A stretch of 37,939 nucleotides of DNA from contig DTRK01000078.1 of NCBI GenBank assembly GCA_012965955.1, positions 1 to 37,939 on the forward strand, in the 5' to 3' direction. This DNA comes from Flavobacteriales bacterium. Lineage in GTDB: Bacteria; Bacteroidota; Bacteroidia; NORP154. The translations under genes and the position numbers were made by a program. Of this stretch, positions 37,645 through 37,939 are shown piece after piece. Every line of letters starts with the position of its first letter. Within the stretch, counting starts at the first letter, position 1. The notes beneath the pieces are model-generated. The model did not search any database. It worked only from the letters and a program-made list of their open reading frames with translations, and was not told the DNA's origin.

Positions 37645-37939
37645 TTAATGATGGTGCCCCCCGGGCCCATGAACGTGGCCATGGCTGATCTCCTCATCGG
37701 TAGCATCACGGATATCAGTGATCTCTACATCAAAGTGCAAGGTCACCCCGGCAAGTGGATGGTTAAGGTCTATGGTTACCTGCGACTCTTGAATATCTGT
37801 AACAGTCGCGATCTGTATTCCGTGGTCTGTTTCTGCCTGCACCTTTATCCCCACTGCCAGGTCATCCATGCCCTTGAAAGCATCTCTTGGCACCTTCTGT
37901 ACCATGGTTCCATCCTGATCGCCATACCCTTCCTCAGTA
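37645..37939 (-). CDS. slyD: FKBP-type peptidyl-prolyl isomerase SlyD, 5' end outside the window
   Basis: Frame open to the edge (EEGYGDQDG..), IDLNHPLAGVTLHFDVEI..RDATDEEISHGHVHGPGGHHH. Confidence 0.93.
   Translation of the reverse strand, partial: TEEGYGDQDGTMVQKVPRDAFKGMDDLAVGIKVQAETDHGIQIATVTDIQESQVTIDLNHPLAGVTLHFDVEITDIRDATDEEISHGHVHGPGGHHH

Overview
A 37.9-kb gene-dense chromosomal window from a Bacteroidota organism. The assignment rests on T9SS C-terminal sorting domains, a PorP/SprF gene and TAnnTTTG -7 promoter boxes. The left third is a block of large type IX-secreted surface proteins: a GDPD-LamG fusion cut by the window edge (missed by the ORF track), a frameshift-split BNR propeller, a SprB-repeat protein, and a type-B CTD adhesin with its PorP/SprF partner. 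The middle holds an aminopeptidase, PrsW, an alpha/beta hydrolase, a DUF3380-like muramidase, ABC-F and EamA. Two convergent two-gene operons follow and are the best candidates for uncharacterised systems: (i) two exported proteins sharing a paralogous CsgG/FlgO-like+TPR N-terminus, one ending in an intact caspase-like (C14) protease and the other in a long TPR solenoid; (ii) a MauG-like diheme enzyme with a parallel beta-helix/cytochrome c fusion. The right part has a NucA-type nuclease with two CCCH fingers, an AT-rich AraC/T9SS-propeller pair lying between two copies of a 30-bp repeat, an orphan siaC, and a thiol-rich trio: a T9SS thioredoxin, a CxCC propeller and an unannotated stop-interrupted Cys-rich peptide gene. 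It ends with yciA and a partial slyD. I saw no rRNA, tRNA, CRISPR array, integrase or transposase. All family calls come from motif recognition by eye, not database searches.
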